From contig URXM01000002.1 of the NCBI GenBank assembly GCA_900551855.1, positions 102,290 to 166,289 on the forward strand: DNA of 64,000 nt. The letters are read 5' to 3'. This DNA is from an uncultured Eubacteriales bacterium. Lineage in GTDB: Bacteria; Bacillota; Clostridia; Christensenellales; UBA1242. Both the position numbers and the translations under genes were made by a program. Below the pieces are notes generated by a model. That model worked only from the letters and a program-made list of their open reading frames with translations, was not told the origin of the DNA and searched no databases. Of the stretch, positions 28,801 to 38,196 are shown piece by piece. Position 1 is the first letter of the stretch; every line of letters begins with the position of its first letter.

Positions 28801-31800
28801 TCAAATGGCAAATAAATTCTGGCGTTGAATTTAAAGGCGGAGAAAGATATACAATCAGCAGTGGAGATAACAACATATTCTCAATGTTGACAATTGATGA
28901 AAATCTCTCTTCTTTGACAATTTCTGATTTCAATCTCGCATTGGAAAACGGTGATGAAGTTTATGATTACTTTAAGACTTCAGACACAGAAATTCAATTA
29001 GGAAAGACTTATTACTTATATAGTGCCGAAAATGGAACATATTCAAAAGTTGAGACTCCAACAGTTGAAAACTTGGCAAATTATTATGAAGCTTTGTTGT
29101 TGAGTGATTTGGTTTATATAAACAACGATGAGGCAAATTATGCTGACAACACTGTAGAGTTTGCACATCTTTTGAAAGATGCGACATTTGTGTTTGAAGG
29201 TACTATTACAGATTCTAATACAGACACAAGCAACAATACTTATACATTTACTTTTGAATTGAAGGTTAAAGCATCATTTGTGCTTGAACAAACAAGAAGA
29301 GTTGTTGACACAACAGAACGCTATGGAAATGTAAACTTTGATGTCACAATGGAAAAATTGAGAAGTTCAATCAATGACCTTATGCCAATTTATGATGCAC
29401 CAGATGGAAGCGATCCAACAAAATCTGCTTATAGTTATGTTGTAGATGGAGAATATCTTGATACAGTGACTATTACTCCAGAAAATGTTGCTTCTTCCTC
29501 ATTGCAAGAGAAATCATATGTAGTGGCTTATACATTTAATGACAAACAAATCTTCTCATTTAATGTTTCATATAGATTTACTGTAAATAAAAATGTTGAA
29601 GTGACAGCAAATTATCCAAGTCCAGACAACACAACCGTTTTAAATAAAGAATATATTGCTACAACACAAGGAACTGATGAAAAATTTGTTTCTGAAGTGT
29701 TCAATGGATTCTTTACTTCTGTTGCTCCATTTGGAAAAGAAAACAGAATTGTTGTTAAAAACATTGTCCCAGAAAGCGTTCAGAACGGAAACACTTTGGC
29801 AATGAAATGGAATGTCAGCGTAGCATCAATCAATAATGCTATCGTTTACATTACAGGCGACACATCCAAATCTATTGATGCTTCATCAGATGATATGAAA
29901 ATCGTAACTGATGTTGACAACATCAATAATTTAAATGTTCAATTCTCTATTGTAAACTCTTCAAGCAATGCGACAGTTATGTTTGATGTCACAGTAAACA
30001 GCGTGACAACAACATACACAGTTGAAATTGTTCCTGGAAGCAATATCAAAATCTCAACTAACACTCCAAATTATACAAACAACAGAGAAAATGTTTATGC
30101 TGAAGATTTGGCTGGCCAATCAAGTCAATATCTCTTCGAACAAAACAGAATTTTGAGTTATTCATTCAAGGCATCTGTTGTTGTTGGAACAAGTTATTAT
30201 TTGAGATTTACAAATTCAAAAAATGAAGTGCAAGTTGTTGCAATTACAGCAAACACATTAAACCAAATTGTAAATATTGATTTGGGCAAGAGTTATACAG
30301 GTTATAGTTATGTAGGAACATTTACAAGCAAAGAAAGTGCAGAAAACAACTCAGCTTCTAGTCAAGTTCAAGATGATACAATTTATTTAAGTGTCCCAAC
30401 TTTGACAAGCAGAATAGTTGCATATTATTATGACAACACACCAATCGTTTTGACTGACAACATTACTTTGCAACTTAAACAATATAGAAAGGCTACAACA
30501 TTTGATGCAGGCACAGAATATTATGTTTTGCAAAATGGTGCGTACATTAAAGATGAAAATCCTACTGCAGACAAACTTTCTCAATATTATGTATTTGTTG
30601 ACGATGTAAACGCAGAAACATTTATCTTAACAAAAGATGATTATGGAACAACTACAAATATGCTTGTATCTTTGAAGATGAATTCAAAAGAAATTCAAAC
30701 TTCAGGTGCTTACAACTTGTATTTGGATATTGAATTTGATGTGACAGGAAACGCTGATAATTCTCAAAACTATACAACTGTTGAAGTAAATGCAGGAGTT
30801 GAAAGAAACTTGTTCTCTTATTCATCATTTGGCATTACAAATTCAAGAACAGGTCTTGCTTACGATGCCACTAGCATGTTCAATTCAATGGGAACATTCA
30901 ATTTGGAAATCTATGGATTTGCTGATACAATTCATGTAGATAAAAATTCTTCTGATCCTCTTGCAAAAACAGCAGGAATAATTGATGAAAGCCTTAGAAG
31001 CACAATCGGAAAAGATTTAACAAAAGAAATTGTTTATGCAACAGGTTTAACTCCTAGAGCTGGTGATGGCATGATAATAAATGAAATCCCAAGTTCTGGA
31101 GACTTGAAAAACAACTATATTGCCATTTCTGGTATTATCAACAATGGAAAAGTTGTAGATTTCAACATTTTTGCACAAGGTGCAAGCAACGACGGAAATT
31201 ATGTAATGATGAGAATTACTTATTCCGTAGAAATCAACGGAGAAAACATAACTGAAGCACACAACTTGTTGTTTAAGGTTATGCCTAACTCTTCAATAAG
31301 ATTTAAGAGTCAATATGAAGACGCTCAAAACTACATTTCAAGTTCTACTGAAATAGTAAATGGTCAAACCGTTGCTACAAACAGTATTGCTCCTTATGGT
31401 ATATTGCTTACAAATCAATCATCAAATCAAATTGAATTCAATTTGTGGGAAACTAGTGGTCTTACAAATGTTAATTCTTCAAGCATTATTGCAAATATGT
31501 ATGGAGAATCAACAAACTCTGCAAATGCATTCAAGTACACTTATGTTGATGAAGTAAAAGAGGGATATAACGATAAAACATCGTTGATTGAATCAACTTT
31601 TGGAAGTGGTTGGAGTTCTTCAGGAAAAACATACATCTATAATGAAAATTACAGTATTCCAACAAAAACTTCTTTGATGATTGAATTGGAGAAGATTAAC
31701 CTTGGAAGCAGAAGTTTTATTTTCGAACTTCAAAACATATTTGGCTATAAAGCTTACTTCTATTTTACAATCACAGCAGAAGTAAACCCAACAATTTATT

Positions 31801-34800
31801 CAATGAGCAATACTTCGTTGAATGAGGGGTCAAGCATTGGAGTTGGACTTAGATTCCAGACGGTAACCCCATCTACAAGCAATGAAGGATATGTAATGTT
31901 TGAGTCTTTCAACTATTCTAAAGATACAACAGAAAATGCAAACTTCATCAATGATATAAACATTCATTTAACCAACTATGCTGGAAATTATAGAATAAGC
32001 ACTGCAAAACTTGAAGTGACTATAAAACACAACAATGGTGGAGAACAATTACCAGCAGGAACAATCATAACAAAGACATGGACACCTACTGTTGATGATT
32101 ATGGAAACATTAAATTGTCTATCATTGAAGATGGCAATAAATGGTATAAAGAAGGAACCGAAGTTGTTGGCATTGAGGTTAATTCAACAATCATTGAAGA
32201 CGCTTCATGTATTTTGTCACTTAACATTTTAAGAGAAGAAATAGAAGAAGGCGAAGAAGAAAAACCAATAGGTTATTATGATGTGAAATATGGAAACAAC
32301 GTATTGAAACAATCTCACACTATTTCAAGTGGTTTTGCTTCACCAGATTTCTCTGAAGCAAATGTTGACACTCAAGTTAGTTTGTCTGGAATAAGTGCTT
32401 ACGGATATTCAAATTCTTTAAGTGCTGTCAATGTTGATAGCGTTTCTACAACAACACAGAGTACAGTTTCTAAGACAGATGCTATTCAAGTTAAGAAAAT
32501 AGAATTCTATCTTGGAGATACATGGCTTGGTGGAACTTACAGAACGGAAAGCGGAATTGTTTCAAAATCAAATATTTCAGGATATAATGATTCTAATGCC
32601 AAATCAGTTAAGTTGGTCACAAACGCAAATTATTCGTTTGTCACAGAAGTCACAGGAACAACAGGCACCGCAAATGGAACAGCAACAATCAGCAAGGGAG
32701 AAGTCTTTGATGAAGGCAAAGAGTTTACTGTGCCTATCATCAATGGTTTCTATTATGGAACAGGAACTACATTGTCAAATGTAAAGATGAATATCACTCT
32801 TGTTGACACGGCAAGTTCAAGTGGAGAAGAATGCGTAATAAGTTCTTATGTGACATTAAATCGTGCAGCTTCAACAAATGGATTGTTTGATTCAACTATT
32901 TATGACACAAAATCTCCAACGATCTACAAAATAAAATCAACTTACAATGATACTTTGGAAGTTGTATTGGATGCTGGTGAAAGTATAACTTTTGTTGTAA
33001 ACGACAAAGATATTGACAGCGTTGACACTCAAAACAAAGTTATAACAGTTGGAGGAGAGACAAAGAATATAAACTTTGTCACATTGACAAACTCTAAAGA
33101 ATACACTGTTACCGAATATATTGGCATCTCTGCAAGCATAAGTGGACTTACAGAAAATCTTAAACAGGATTCTGCATTCTACATTTATGCTACAGAAATG
33201 GAAGGAACACCTGTTATAAACTACAATGCAACAACATTGGCATTTACAGAAGATAAAGATGAAGAAGACAACACTGTTGGTTATAAAACTAATGGCACAA
33301 TCGGGGTGTACGAGAATGGTTCTGGTGCTTTGGTTATGAACATTGAAAACGAAAATGAACTTAGTTTTTCAAATGTAAAAACTGAAACATTGTACTTCAT
33401 TTATAGAGAAAACGAACAAAATTATCAATATTCATGTACTTTCACAGTAAAACCTTATTATGAAAGTGCAGAAGCAACTCAAGGAAATTATTTCCAAGTA
33501 GATGATTATTACAAAGTTTCTAATGCTACAACAGGCAACACATATTACATTATTCCTCGTGCAACATGGGGAGTTAACATCAAATTGAAAGGTTTTGACG
33601 ACAACAATTTGGCAAACACTGCTTCTTATAGAATTTACTTTGATATAAATTCTACAGGCGGAACAGGATCTGCATTTATTGATGAAAATGGTATGATAAC
33701 CACAACAGAACAATTTGATATTGCTGCTCATTACTTGGTAGTAAATATCTATGCAAAATTCTCTGGCACAAATGGTGCGTTTGACGAAGATAGCACAAGA
33801 ATTATGTTGGGATCATACAGAATTTATCTTAAAACAAATGCAAATACAAGCACCGACAGCAAAGCTGAAGGTATTTATAAAGATGATAAAGGTAATATCA
33901 TAATAATTCCTGAAGGCTATAAATTGGTGGAAGTTTATGAAGGCAGCAGTGCTTTAGGTACAGGACTGACATCAATAACAGAAGGTGAAGGCAGTGCAGT
34001 TTCATTTACTTATGCTATAGAAGCTGGACAAACAATTGACTTCGCACAAGTTTATAGCGAAAGTTCTGACCAAAATTATGGATATAAATATAATACAACA
34101 TATCACCTTGCTAAATATGATGACACTTATGTTTATTTCGACAATTTGGACAAATGGACATTTAGAAATGCAGGTAATTACACTATTACAATGGTTGTGA
34201 CAGGAAGAAATGAAATTTCAAAAGCAATAGATGCTAAGCTTTTAACAGCAAACATTATTGTTTATGAAACATCTACAAAAGAAGAACAACAATATTACGG
34301 AAGTTTGGGAACAAATTTCTTTAATGAAGATATGTTTGATCAAGATTATGATTATTACGAAATCAATGAAAATGGCAGTGTAAGTAAAGTAGAAAGTTCT
34401 ATTACATTTGAAAAAATTGGAATTTATACAAAAACTTATATTGCACAGTCAAAGACTGGCGGAGAAACAAAGATAGTCACAAAAACATTCTATGTTTACC
34501 AAAATTCTGGTTATATTCAAAAATATGTTGCTCTTCAACCTTTCACAACATTCCAACTTTCAAATTTGGTTGAAGGTTTAGCAGAGGGGCAGAGCGTAGA
34601 ATTCTACAAAGAAGAAATGAACAGCATTTCAAGAATTGTTGCTGAAACATTCTCAAAAGCAATCAACTCTGAGTCAAATTCTACTTATATAGTTGTTGTT
34701 AAAAATTCTGAAGGAACAATAGTTTCAGTTGATTTATACAAAGTAAATTATAAATTTATTTCTGCAGATGTATCAGATGAAAGTTTGCTTGTCACAAGCA

Positions 34801-35288
34801 CAACAAATTTGGCAAGTGTTGTAAAAGAAAAGGTAGCCGAAAGTCTTGGAATTGAAACTACTCAAATCAGCACTGTTGAAATTAGGAATTCAAATGGTGT
34901 ACTTGAAACAGAAACAAGAAGTGTTGTTGATTTAGGTGGAAACATTGATTTGTATACAGAAAGATATGTGATTACTTATAAAGACAATCAAAATAAAACT
35001 AAATTTGCAAGATTTACATTCAATTTCTATATTTATAAATCTGCAATCGATCATAGTGTTGAAACATCAATAGACAATGCATATAGATTGTCAAATTTGA
35101 ATGATGAAATTTCAAAGTTAATTGGTGGAATTGAGGCTAGCGACATTCTTGGATATTATCAATTGAAAGACAATAGTTTGCAACAAGTAAACACTACTGT
35201 TTTGGAAGAAAATAAGACAGAAGAATATTATGTAAGAACAAGTGTTGGATATTATTTGGTAAAAATCAATTTCAGTATCACACAATAA
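22893..35288 (+). CDS. Giant (4131-aa) N-terminally anchored surface protein of unknown function
   Basis: Uninterrupted 12.4-kb ORF. ATG at 22893 lies 5 nt after GGAG. N-terminal MKKRG plus a hydrophobic helix (signal anchor). The remainder is T/S/N/Y/E/D-rich and beta-strand-like, with no LPxTG and no obvious tandem repeats. Confidence 0.85.
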   Translation: MKKRGVLSLWKVIILVIVGIIGVAGVSVLSLYLMGKFDETFVEPENISFVKQIDEGSGYYNETLGQYEVASNFEMTITTTTENVTEKKITLSLAGGSVLNGYVSDGIITVPQEVEINKPFTVSLDTEYNADSHIMEDWIVGGKSVLTAKSTNVLISAETTTICVDVPVHSIDVQVSGTDQTGDVQDVVIGTSFNLDTIFYPEQSKYLFSDSTREKEIFYTFTSSYISYDWESETFFANQRSGNNTDSITVYTFANSYYQKQVMDMYSSITDRELLTSNVLRYFEQHSETCLTKTVNIKVLDIDVESVEVGNEGNSFSTYLDQYFTLTTASSNGNGKLDLSIKDSSGALLNSLFGNVGIKVPKNVDGLTILGGKVMEVVTTDGMTTITQKDFDKDFDYAGAPEGTEYYVLPDSTPKDFADYYWRFASANENEYTLSINFFFENEEGNWENFFAFSGDTNVEKTVTLIAEEHDYEEEPAWQTNDTIMLTINYDEEGNPITSNKDLSKELNAINVDNIYKTIRFFLFIDENEVGYAENLNMQEAFSCGEGKLYTQDYKGQSLVIAGASDSANGYTLYEIDGSVLTALKSFSGKVKVIAALIKTDAENKPYLTEDGKYLIIKTSRVKDVMVESTLSIANMVPSISFVTGVTPNVDHNNDYYIPAINRNETASQRNMINFELVLNNSEDTETDSQKVISAFNSGNLKVACLDMNGQVINDYVTLQGLVEKSVEENTITFEGSLAIEEAYFSAGKNSLDKGTYIRLQLQYNDGKETYTKNVTIKDDTKNYFYIYYQQPVSMEAEFENQTDLDGDNDGIIDDIIVNITASNGISITWGNKEIAGTSEEVLQQLNDLLVFTLTDQFGNTIEDSSAIYSIRLVETPIEGTEENILSLDSTLSKIQNFVSTQGQEKTTTLTAYIVDKEDNYVYAFDDEGNVTGNRMASQTLTFRVQSEGVKEIKYDPTDTVNTITEDQYVSSSSLSQVTISKYVTSNQTIDMNTLLKVYTSGADGELAEAKNIVFKLDDGFISGLSSTNKVDIMKMIKFNSLANVEATENVDTIENYRNTNIGTINIINPFKEDAQIVFSVRDENESLFSITLILVLKADISISQGFNAYYEENSDYLVTNGNAISVFAGQSYDISEYLTLTSHLGASYSWVASLGALSLTSDPSGVFYSDNEDCYLTTVKENDIIKQILLTFDDLYKFQTINVTLYYGVNSFYACSITISFYVNPNIIVRQMTTEQSSNPYLDLEGLKSSTLGTYYKLYKATDYIENGYSFDGVEELKSNNNTGNIAFVYSNKSSDKYISVEASDDDANVYNFYYVKDAILHLTLGQKVEQQFEIYAELKGSSTRQKIDAIKIVDNGTDKEIVLCEKTDSLYISIDIGFGSNDNATLASAVLRQSNGGEVNVVTYNGEIYLLLLSGSKYETQNNFSISVGSETGELYSNSKYELSTYGIGGFISLEGNGFDAEQILSDSKANPMTIIVSLKAIVSKIGDKFVYYNNEELPEQVSNMEFNVFGDKDFSVIIGDYTGLESENVYQSLQAGNTYTIIHDSSKEIDSTDDAFGFYYDGDATEINTDSASYELSIVEDANGYINGLATLKVEEGNLFATQLEINHLESAVDNAYIVLKLEISQHSGGINYVWYYRIKVEPSFTKGAVIYPYSDFGEYLDTYSRYFDSQTLSYKINLEEPFTPSNSKYSSGKRFGDIAEWIDLETEPTFEAKYSIKNVKIGESEISNYQNYFTYSFDGGNFEIKLVDNSAKLTVVIEKSFYVNNLEMIGGEMLYTLYFNQGQNYVHTLKQISGDEEQKLNAVNNKYETTVYAGSDEVVFVPDIKISSNGTESKVKEFSAYISGENIVGSLMLKSYIKAGSKIYTDDTATTTKTTLKDDLVVGEWKDSVEDFTANEHGIVSLSDTDGTVYYVDKASISWAHAYLDGEKQLHIKPQETVRQDNKFEIGFYTDERIVFTIDLTVTSYFKWQINSGVEFKGGERYTISSGDNNIFSMLTIDENLSSLTISDFNLALENGDEVYDYFKTSDTEIQLGKTYYLYSAENGTYSKVETPTVENLANYYEALLLSDLVYINNDEANYADNTVEFAHLLKDATFVFEGTITDSNTDTSNNTYTFTFELKVKASFVLEQTRRVVDTTERYGNVNFDVTMEKLRSSINDLMPIYDAPDGSDPTKSAYSYVVDGEYLDTVTITPENVASSSLQEKSYVVAYTFNDKQIFSFNVSYRFTVNKNVEVTANYPSPDNTTVLNKEYIATTQGTDEKFVSEVFNGFFTSVAPFGKENRIVVKNIVPESVQNGNTLAMKWNVSVASINNAIVYITGDTSKSIDASSDDMKIVTDVDNINNLNVQFSIVNSSSNATVMFDVTVNSVTTTYTVEIVPGSNIKISTNTPNYTNNRENVYAEDLAGQSSQYLFEQNRILSYSFKASVVVGTSYYLRFTNSKNEVQVVAITANTLNQIVNIDLGKSYTGYSYVGTFTSKESAENNSASSQVQDDTIYLSVPTLTSRIVAYYYDNTPIVLTDNITLQLKQYRKATTFDAGTEYYVLQNGAYIKDENPTADKLSQYYVFVDDVNAETFILTKDDYGTTTNMLVSLKMNSKEIQTSGAYNLYLDIEFDVTGNADNSQNYTTVEVNAGVERNLFSYSSFGITNSRTGLAYDATSMFNSMGTFNLEIYGFADTIHVDKNSSDPLAKTAGIIDESLRSTIGKDLTKEIVYATGLTPRAGDGMIINEIPSSGDLKNNYIAISGIINNGKVVDFNIFAQGASNDGNYVMMRITYSVEINGENITEAHNLLFKVMPNSSIRFKSQYEDAQNYISSSTEIVNGQTVATNSIAPYGILLTNQSSNQIEFNLWETSGLTNVNSSSIIANMYGESTNSANAFKYTYVDEVKEGYNDKTSLIESTFGSGWSSSGKTYIYNENYSIPTKTSLMIELEKINLGSRSFIFELQNIFGYKAYFYFTITAEVNPTIYSMSNTSLNEGSSIGVGLRFQTVTPSTSNEGYVMFESFNYSKDTTENANFINDINIHLTNYAGNYRISTAKLEVTIKHNNGGEQLPAGTIITKTWTPTVDDYGNIKLSIIEDGNKWYKEGTEVVGIEVNSTIIEDASCILSLNILREEIEEGEEEKPIGYYDVKYGNNVLKQSHTISSGFASPDFSEANVDTQVSLSGISAYGYSNSLSAVNVDSVSTTTQSTVSKTDAIQVKKIEFYLGDTWLGGTYRTESGIVSKSNISGYNDSNAKSVKLVTNANYSFVTEVTGTTGTANGTATISKGEVFDEGKEFTVPIINGFYYGTGTTLSNVKMNITLVDTASSSGEECVISSYVTLNRAASTNGLFDSTIYDTKSPTIYKIKSTYNDTLEVVLDAGESITFVVNDKDIDSVDTQNKVITVGGETKNINFVTLTNSKEYTVTEYIGISASISGLTENLKQDSAFYIYATEMEGTPVINYNATTLAFTEDKDEEDNTVGYKTNGTIGVYENGSGALVMNIENENELSFSNVKTETLYFIYRENEQNYQYSCTFTVKPYYESAEATQGNYFQVDDYYKVSNATTGNTYYIIPRATWGVNIKLKGFDDNNLANTASYRIYFDINSTGGTGSAFIDENGMITTTEQFDIAAHYLVVNIYAKFSGTNGAFDEDSTRIMLGSYRIYLKTNANTSTDSKAEGIYKDDKGNIIIIPEGYKLVEVYEGSSALGTGLTSITEGEGSAVSFTYAIEAGQTIDFAQVYSESSDQNYGYKYNTTYHLAKYDDTYVYFDNLDKWTFRNAGNYTITMVVTGRNEISKAIDAKLLTANIIVYETSTKEEQQYYGSLGTNFFNEDMFDQDYDYYEINENGSVSKVESSITFEKIGIYTKTYIAQSKTGGETKIVTKTFYVYQNSGYIQKYVALQPFTTFQLSNLVEGLAEGQSVEFYKEEMNSISRIVAETFSKAINSESNSTYIVVVKNSEGTIVSVDLYKVNYKFISADVSDESLLVTSTTNLASVVKEKVAESLGIETTQISTVEIRNSNGVLETETRSVVDLGGNIDLYTERYVITYKDNQNKTKFARFTFNFYIYKSAIDHSVETSIDNAYRLSNLNDEISKLIGGIEASDILGYYQLKDNSLQQVNTTVLEENKTEEYYVRTSVGYYLVKINFSITQ

Positions 35289-35321
35289 ATTTAACAAAAG
35301 GAGAAAGAGGTTAAGATAGGC

Positions 35322-36770
35322 ATGAATGCTTGGTTTTGGGTATTTATAAGTTATATTCTTTTAAATTTCTTGATTATGATATCAATGATATTTATTGAAA
35401 GAAAAAAACTTAGCAGTGTAATCAGTTGGCTCACAGTTTTGACATTTTTGCCTATCATAGGCTTCTTGTTCTATGTGGTTTTTGGTAGTGGACTTTCTAT
35501 AAGAGTTAGACGAATGATATCAAACCACAAATTATATGGACTTGAATATGACCAAAATATTATGAAATATTTTGAAGCAGGTCCAAAAATTTCAGAAAAA
35601 GACAAAGATGTGATTGGTATCGTAAAGTGTTGTTACACTTATGGCAGTATTCTTTGTCCACAAAATGATGTTCAAATTTTTACAAACGGACAAGATAAAT
35701 TGCAAGCTCTTCTTGCTGATATTGAAAAGGCACAACATAGCATAAACATTGAATATTATATTTTTGCCGATGACAAAACAGGCAAAGCGGTTATGAATGC
35801 TCTTATCAAAAAAGCAAAAGAGGGAGTTGAAGTTAAACTTATTTATGACTCTATTGGATGTTTGGGAGCTCCAAGACGCTTTTTTAGAAAACTTAAAAAA
35901 GCAGGCGGGCAAATCGCAGAATTTTTCCCACCTTTTGCATATGTTCGTATGATCAATCTAAAAATGAATTATCGTAACCACAAGAAAATCGTAGTGATTG
36001 ATGGCAAAATAGCCTACACTGGTGGAATAAACATACGAGATGATCACATGGGGAAAAGCAAGAAACTTTATCCTTGGCGAGATACTCATATAAGAATAAC
36101 AGGAACTGGAGTTTATCCTTTGCAAAACATTTTCCTGAATGATTGGAGATATGTAAAGAAAGAAGATTTCCCTTCTTCATATTATATGAACAAGGGTTTG
36201 TTTCCAGAACCTGAGACCAGCGGAGATGCTTATATGCAAGTTGTTGTTTCTGGCCCGGACAGCCCAATACAGAGCATCAAAGAAACATATATAAAATTGA
36301 TTACAAATGCAAAGAAAGAGATTTTGATTCAAACTCCATATTTTATACCAGATGAATCATTTATGGCTGCATTGAGAATTGCTTTGGCAAGTGGAGTTAA
36401 GGTCAAAATTATGGTCCCATCAAAACCTGATCATAGAACTGTTTTTTGGGTGACACAGTCTTATTTAAAAGAATTTGTGGAACAGGGAGCTGACATATAT
36501 TTTTATGATGGATTTTTGCATAGCAAAACACTGGTAGTAGATGATGCAATCTTATCTGTCGGGACATGTAATTTGGACAACAGGTCGTTTAGTTTAAATT
36601 TTGAAGATACAGTTATTCTGTACTCTAAAAAACTAAATCAAGAGTATAAGGAATATTACAAAGAAGATTTAAAACATTGCAAACAAGGAGACATTTTGTA
36701 TTTCAAGAAAAAATTGTTTTTGACAAAGTTTGCACAAGCAATTTTTAGACTGTTTTCTCCAATATTATAA
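35322..36770 (+). CDS. cls: Cardiolipin synthase
   Basis: Two N-terminal TMs and two PLD HKD motifs (NHKKIVVIDGKIAYTGGINI and LHSKTLVVDDAILSVGTCNLDNRS). Confidence 0.93.
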   Translation: MNAWFWVFISYILLNFLIMISMIFIERKKLSSVISWLTVLTFLPIIGFLFYVVFGSGLSIRVRRMISNHKLYGLEYDQNIMKYFEAGPKISEKDKDVIGIVKCCYTYGSILCPQNDVQIFTNGQDKLQALLADIEKAQHSINIEYYIFADDKTGKAVMNALIKKAKEGVEVKLIYDSIGCLGAPRRFFRKLKKAGGQIAEFFPPFAYVRMINLKMNYRNHKKIVVIDGKIAYTGGINIRDDHMGKSKKLYPWRDTHIRITGTGVYPLQNIFLNDWRYVKKEDFPSSYYMNKGLFPEPETSGDAYMQVVVSGPDSPIQSIKETYIKLITNAKKEILIQTPYFIPDESFMAALRIALASGVKVKIMVPSKPDHRTVFWVTQSYLKEFVEQGADIYFYDGFLHSKTLVVDDAILSVGTCNLDNRSFSLNFEDTVILYSKKLNQEYKEYYKEDLKHCKQGDILYFKKKLFLTKFAQAIFRLFSPIL

Positions 36771-36774
36771 TAAG

Positions 36775-36807
36775 AAAAAAGGCGTTTTGAATAAAACGCT
36801 TTTTTTT
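36775..36807 (+). terminator. Rho-independent terminator after cls
   Basis: GCGTTTT pairs with AAAACGC, followed by a run of seven T. Confidence 0.75.
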
Positions 36808-36822
36808 AGCAATAATGATTGC

Positions 36823-37566
36823 ATGGATAATAAGACAAAACAGAGAAAAATATTAAAAGAAGAAATGAGAAATGGGAAGAGTTTAAAGCAAAAATCTCAA
36901 TCAAAACAGAATCTTGTTGTAGATAGTCAAAGCCAAATGAAACGAAATGTTTCTGATTTAATTTTGGCAAATGTTTGTGTCGTTGCAACAATTATTATTT
37001 CTGCTTTCATTCCATTTTTAAGCTTAGCTTTTCCATTGTTGTTTGCAATATATTTTGAAATTGGACTTAGTTTATTTGTGCTAAAAAAAGAACTTGGACA
37101 ATATTGCAAATATGAAGATTTGTTTGTTTCAATAAAGAAATACTTGAGAATTTTTTGTGTGGCAATTATAAAAATCATTTTAATTTTATTATGGTCTGTG
37201 TTGTTGATAGTGCCTGGAATTGTTTGCTTAATAAAATATTCTTTTACAGGTTTTATTTTGGCGGAAGACAATGAAATGGACGCAAAAAGTGTTTTGCTGT
37301 TGAGCACGGAATTGACAAAAGGATATAGATTGAAAATATGTTTTTGGGGACTAATTTCTCTCTCTTCAATTTGTGTGGCAATGTCTTTGATGTTTTCTAT
37401 AATTTTAATATTTGATGTTTTTTTCAATGTTCCTAGTATGATTTATATAATTTTTGTGGTAGCAAGTGGAATTTTTGATTTTATCGTTCTCGCAATGCCT
37501 ATGATGCAAATTGTCCTAGCAGATTATTTCCTTGTTTCAAAGCAAGAAAAAACAAGAGCTATTTAG
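36823..37566 (+). CDS. Multi-pass membrane protein (possibly DUF975-like)
   Basis: ATG at 36823 lies downstream of the cls terminator; the track start at 36730 lies inside cls. It has a basic N-terminal tail and about five hydrophobic helices. The family assignment is tentative. Confidence 0.6.
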   Translation: MDNKTKQRKILKEEMRNGKSLKQKSQSKQNLVVDSQSQMKRNVSDLILANVCVVATIIISAFIPFLSLAFPLLFAIYFEIGLSLFVLKKELGQYCKYEDLFVSIKKYLRIFCVAIIKIILILLWSVLLIVPGIVCLIKYSFTGFILAEDNEMDAKSVLLLSTELTKGYRLKICFWGLISLSSICVAMSLMFSIILIFDVFFNVPSMIYIIFVVASGIFDFIVLAMPMMQIVLADYFLVSKQEKTRAI

Positions 37567-37638
37567 GTGAAATGCTCTTGTTTTATTTGTTTTTTTTGTT
37601 TGTTTTGGTTATAATTTTCAATATAAGGAGACAAATCT

Positions 37639-38187
37639 TTGGACTATAACGAATTTACAGACAGAAATGTCGCTTACAATGGCTTTATTAAATTGAGAAA
37701 AGAAATTCTTGACAGTGTTGACAGTGATAAATTTAACGACTTATTCACTGATCTTTGTGCACGCGCAATGGCAAATGATTGTATTGCACAAGATGTTGTT
37801 GCTTATTTTTTCAATAAAGGTATTCCTGATAAACTTCTTCCTAATTATGAAAATTATATGTCTTGGCAAATTTTGGCGGGAGCAAATGGAAATGAATTTT
37901 CTTTAGAAAAAATGGAATTTTTTATCAATTCTGCTCTTGATTCAATTGTAAACGATACTGAAGTTATCGCCGAAGCCTTGAGAAGAAAAAATATAACAAA
38001 AGACAACGCACTTTATGTTATTAGCAATTTGATTTGTGAGGGAATGGCTGACCAACTTAAACTTGATCCAAAAGTATTGGTAAATTTTAAGCAAGAATTG
38101 TCCAACTATTCTCCTGAAAAAAACAGACCATTTATAGATGCTATGAACAATTGCATTCCAGCAGTTGTTGAATTTTTGGTAAGTTAG
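37639..38187 (+). CDS. Hypothetical protein (182 aa)
   Basis: TTG start 7 nt after AAGGAG; ordinary protein-like composition; no recognised motif. Confidence 0.55.
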   Translation: MDYNEFTDRNVAYNGFIKLRKEILDSVDSDKFNDLFTDLCARAMANDCIAQDVVAYFFNKGIPDKLLPNYENYMSWQILAGANGNEFSLEKMEFFINSALDSIVNDTEVIAEALRRKNITKDNALYVISNLICEGMADQLKLDPKVLVNFKQELSNYSPEKNRPFIDAMNNCIPAVVEFLVS

Positions 38188-38196
38188 AGCGTTTGT

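Noticed and set aside
22893-35288. Giant ORF as an RHS/YD-repeat or polymorphic toxin, or as a non-ribosomal peptide or polyketide megasynthase
   Set aside because: No YD/RHS repeat pattern, no recognisable C-terminal toxin module or adjacent immunity gene, and no adenylation, condensation, KS or ACP motifs were seen. The N-terminal anchor and beta-rich polar composition fit a surface protein better.
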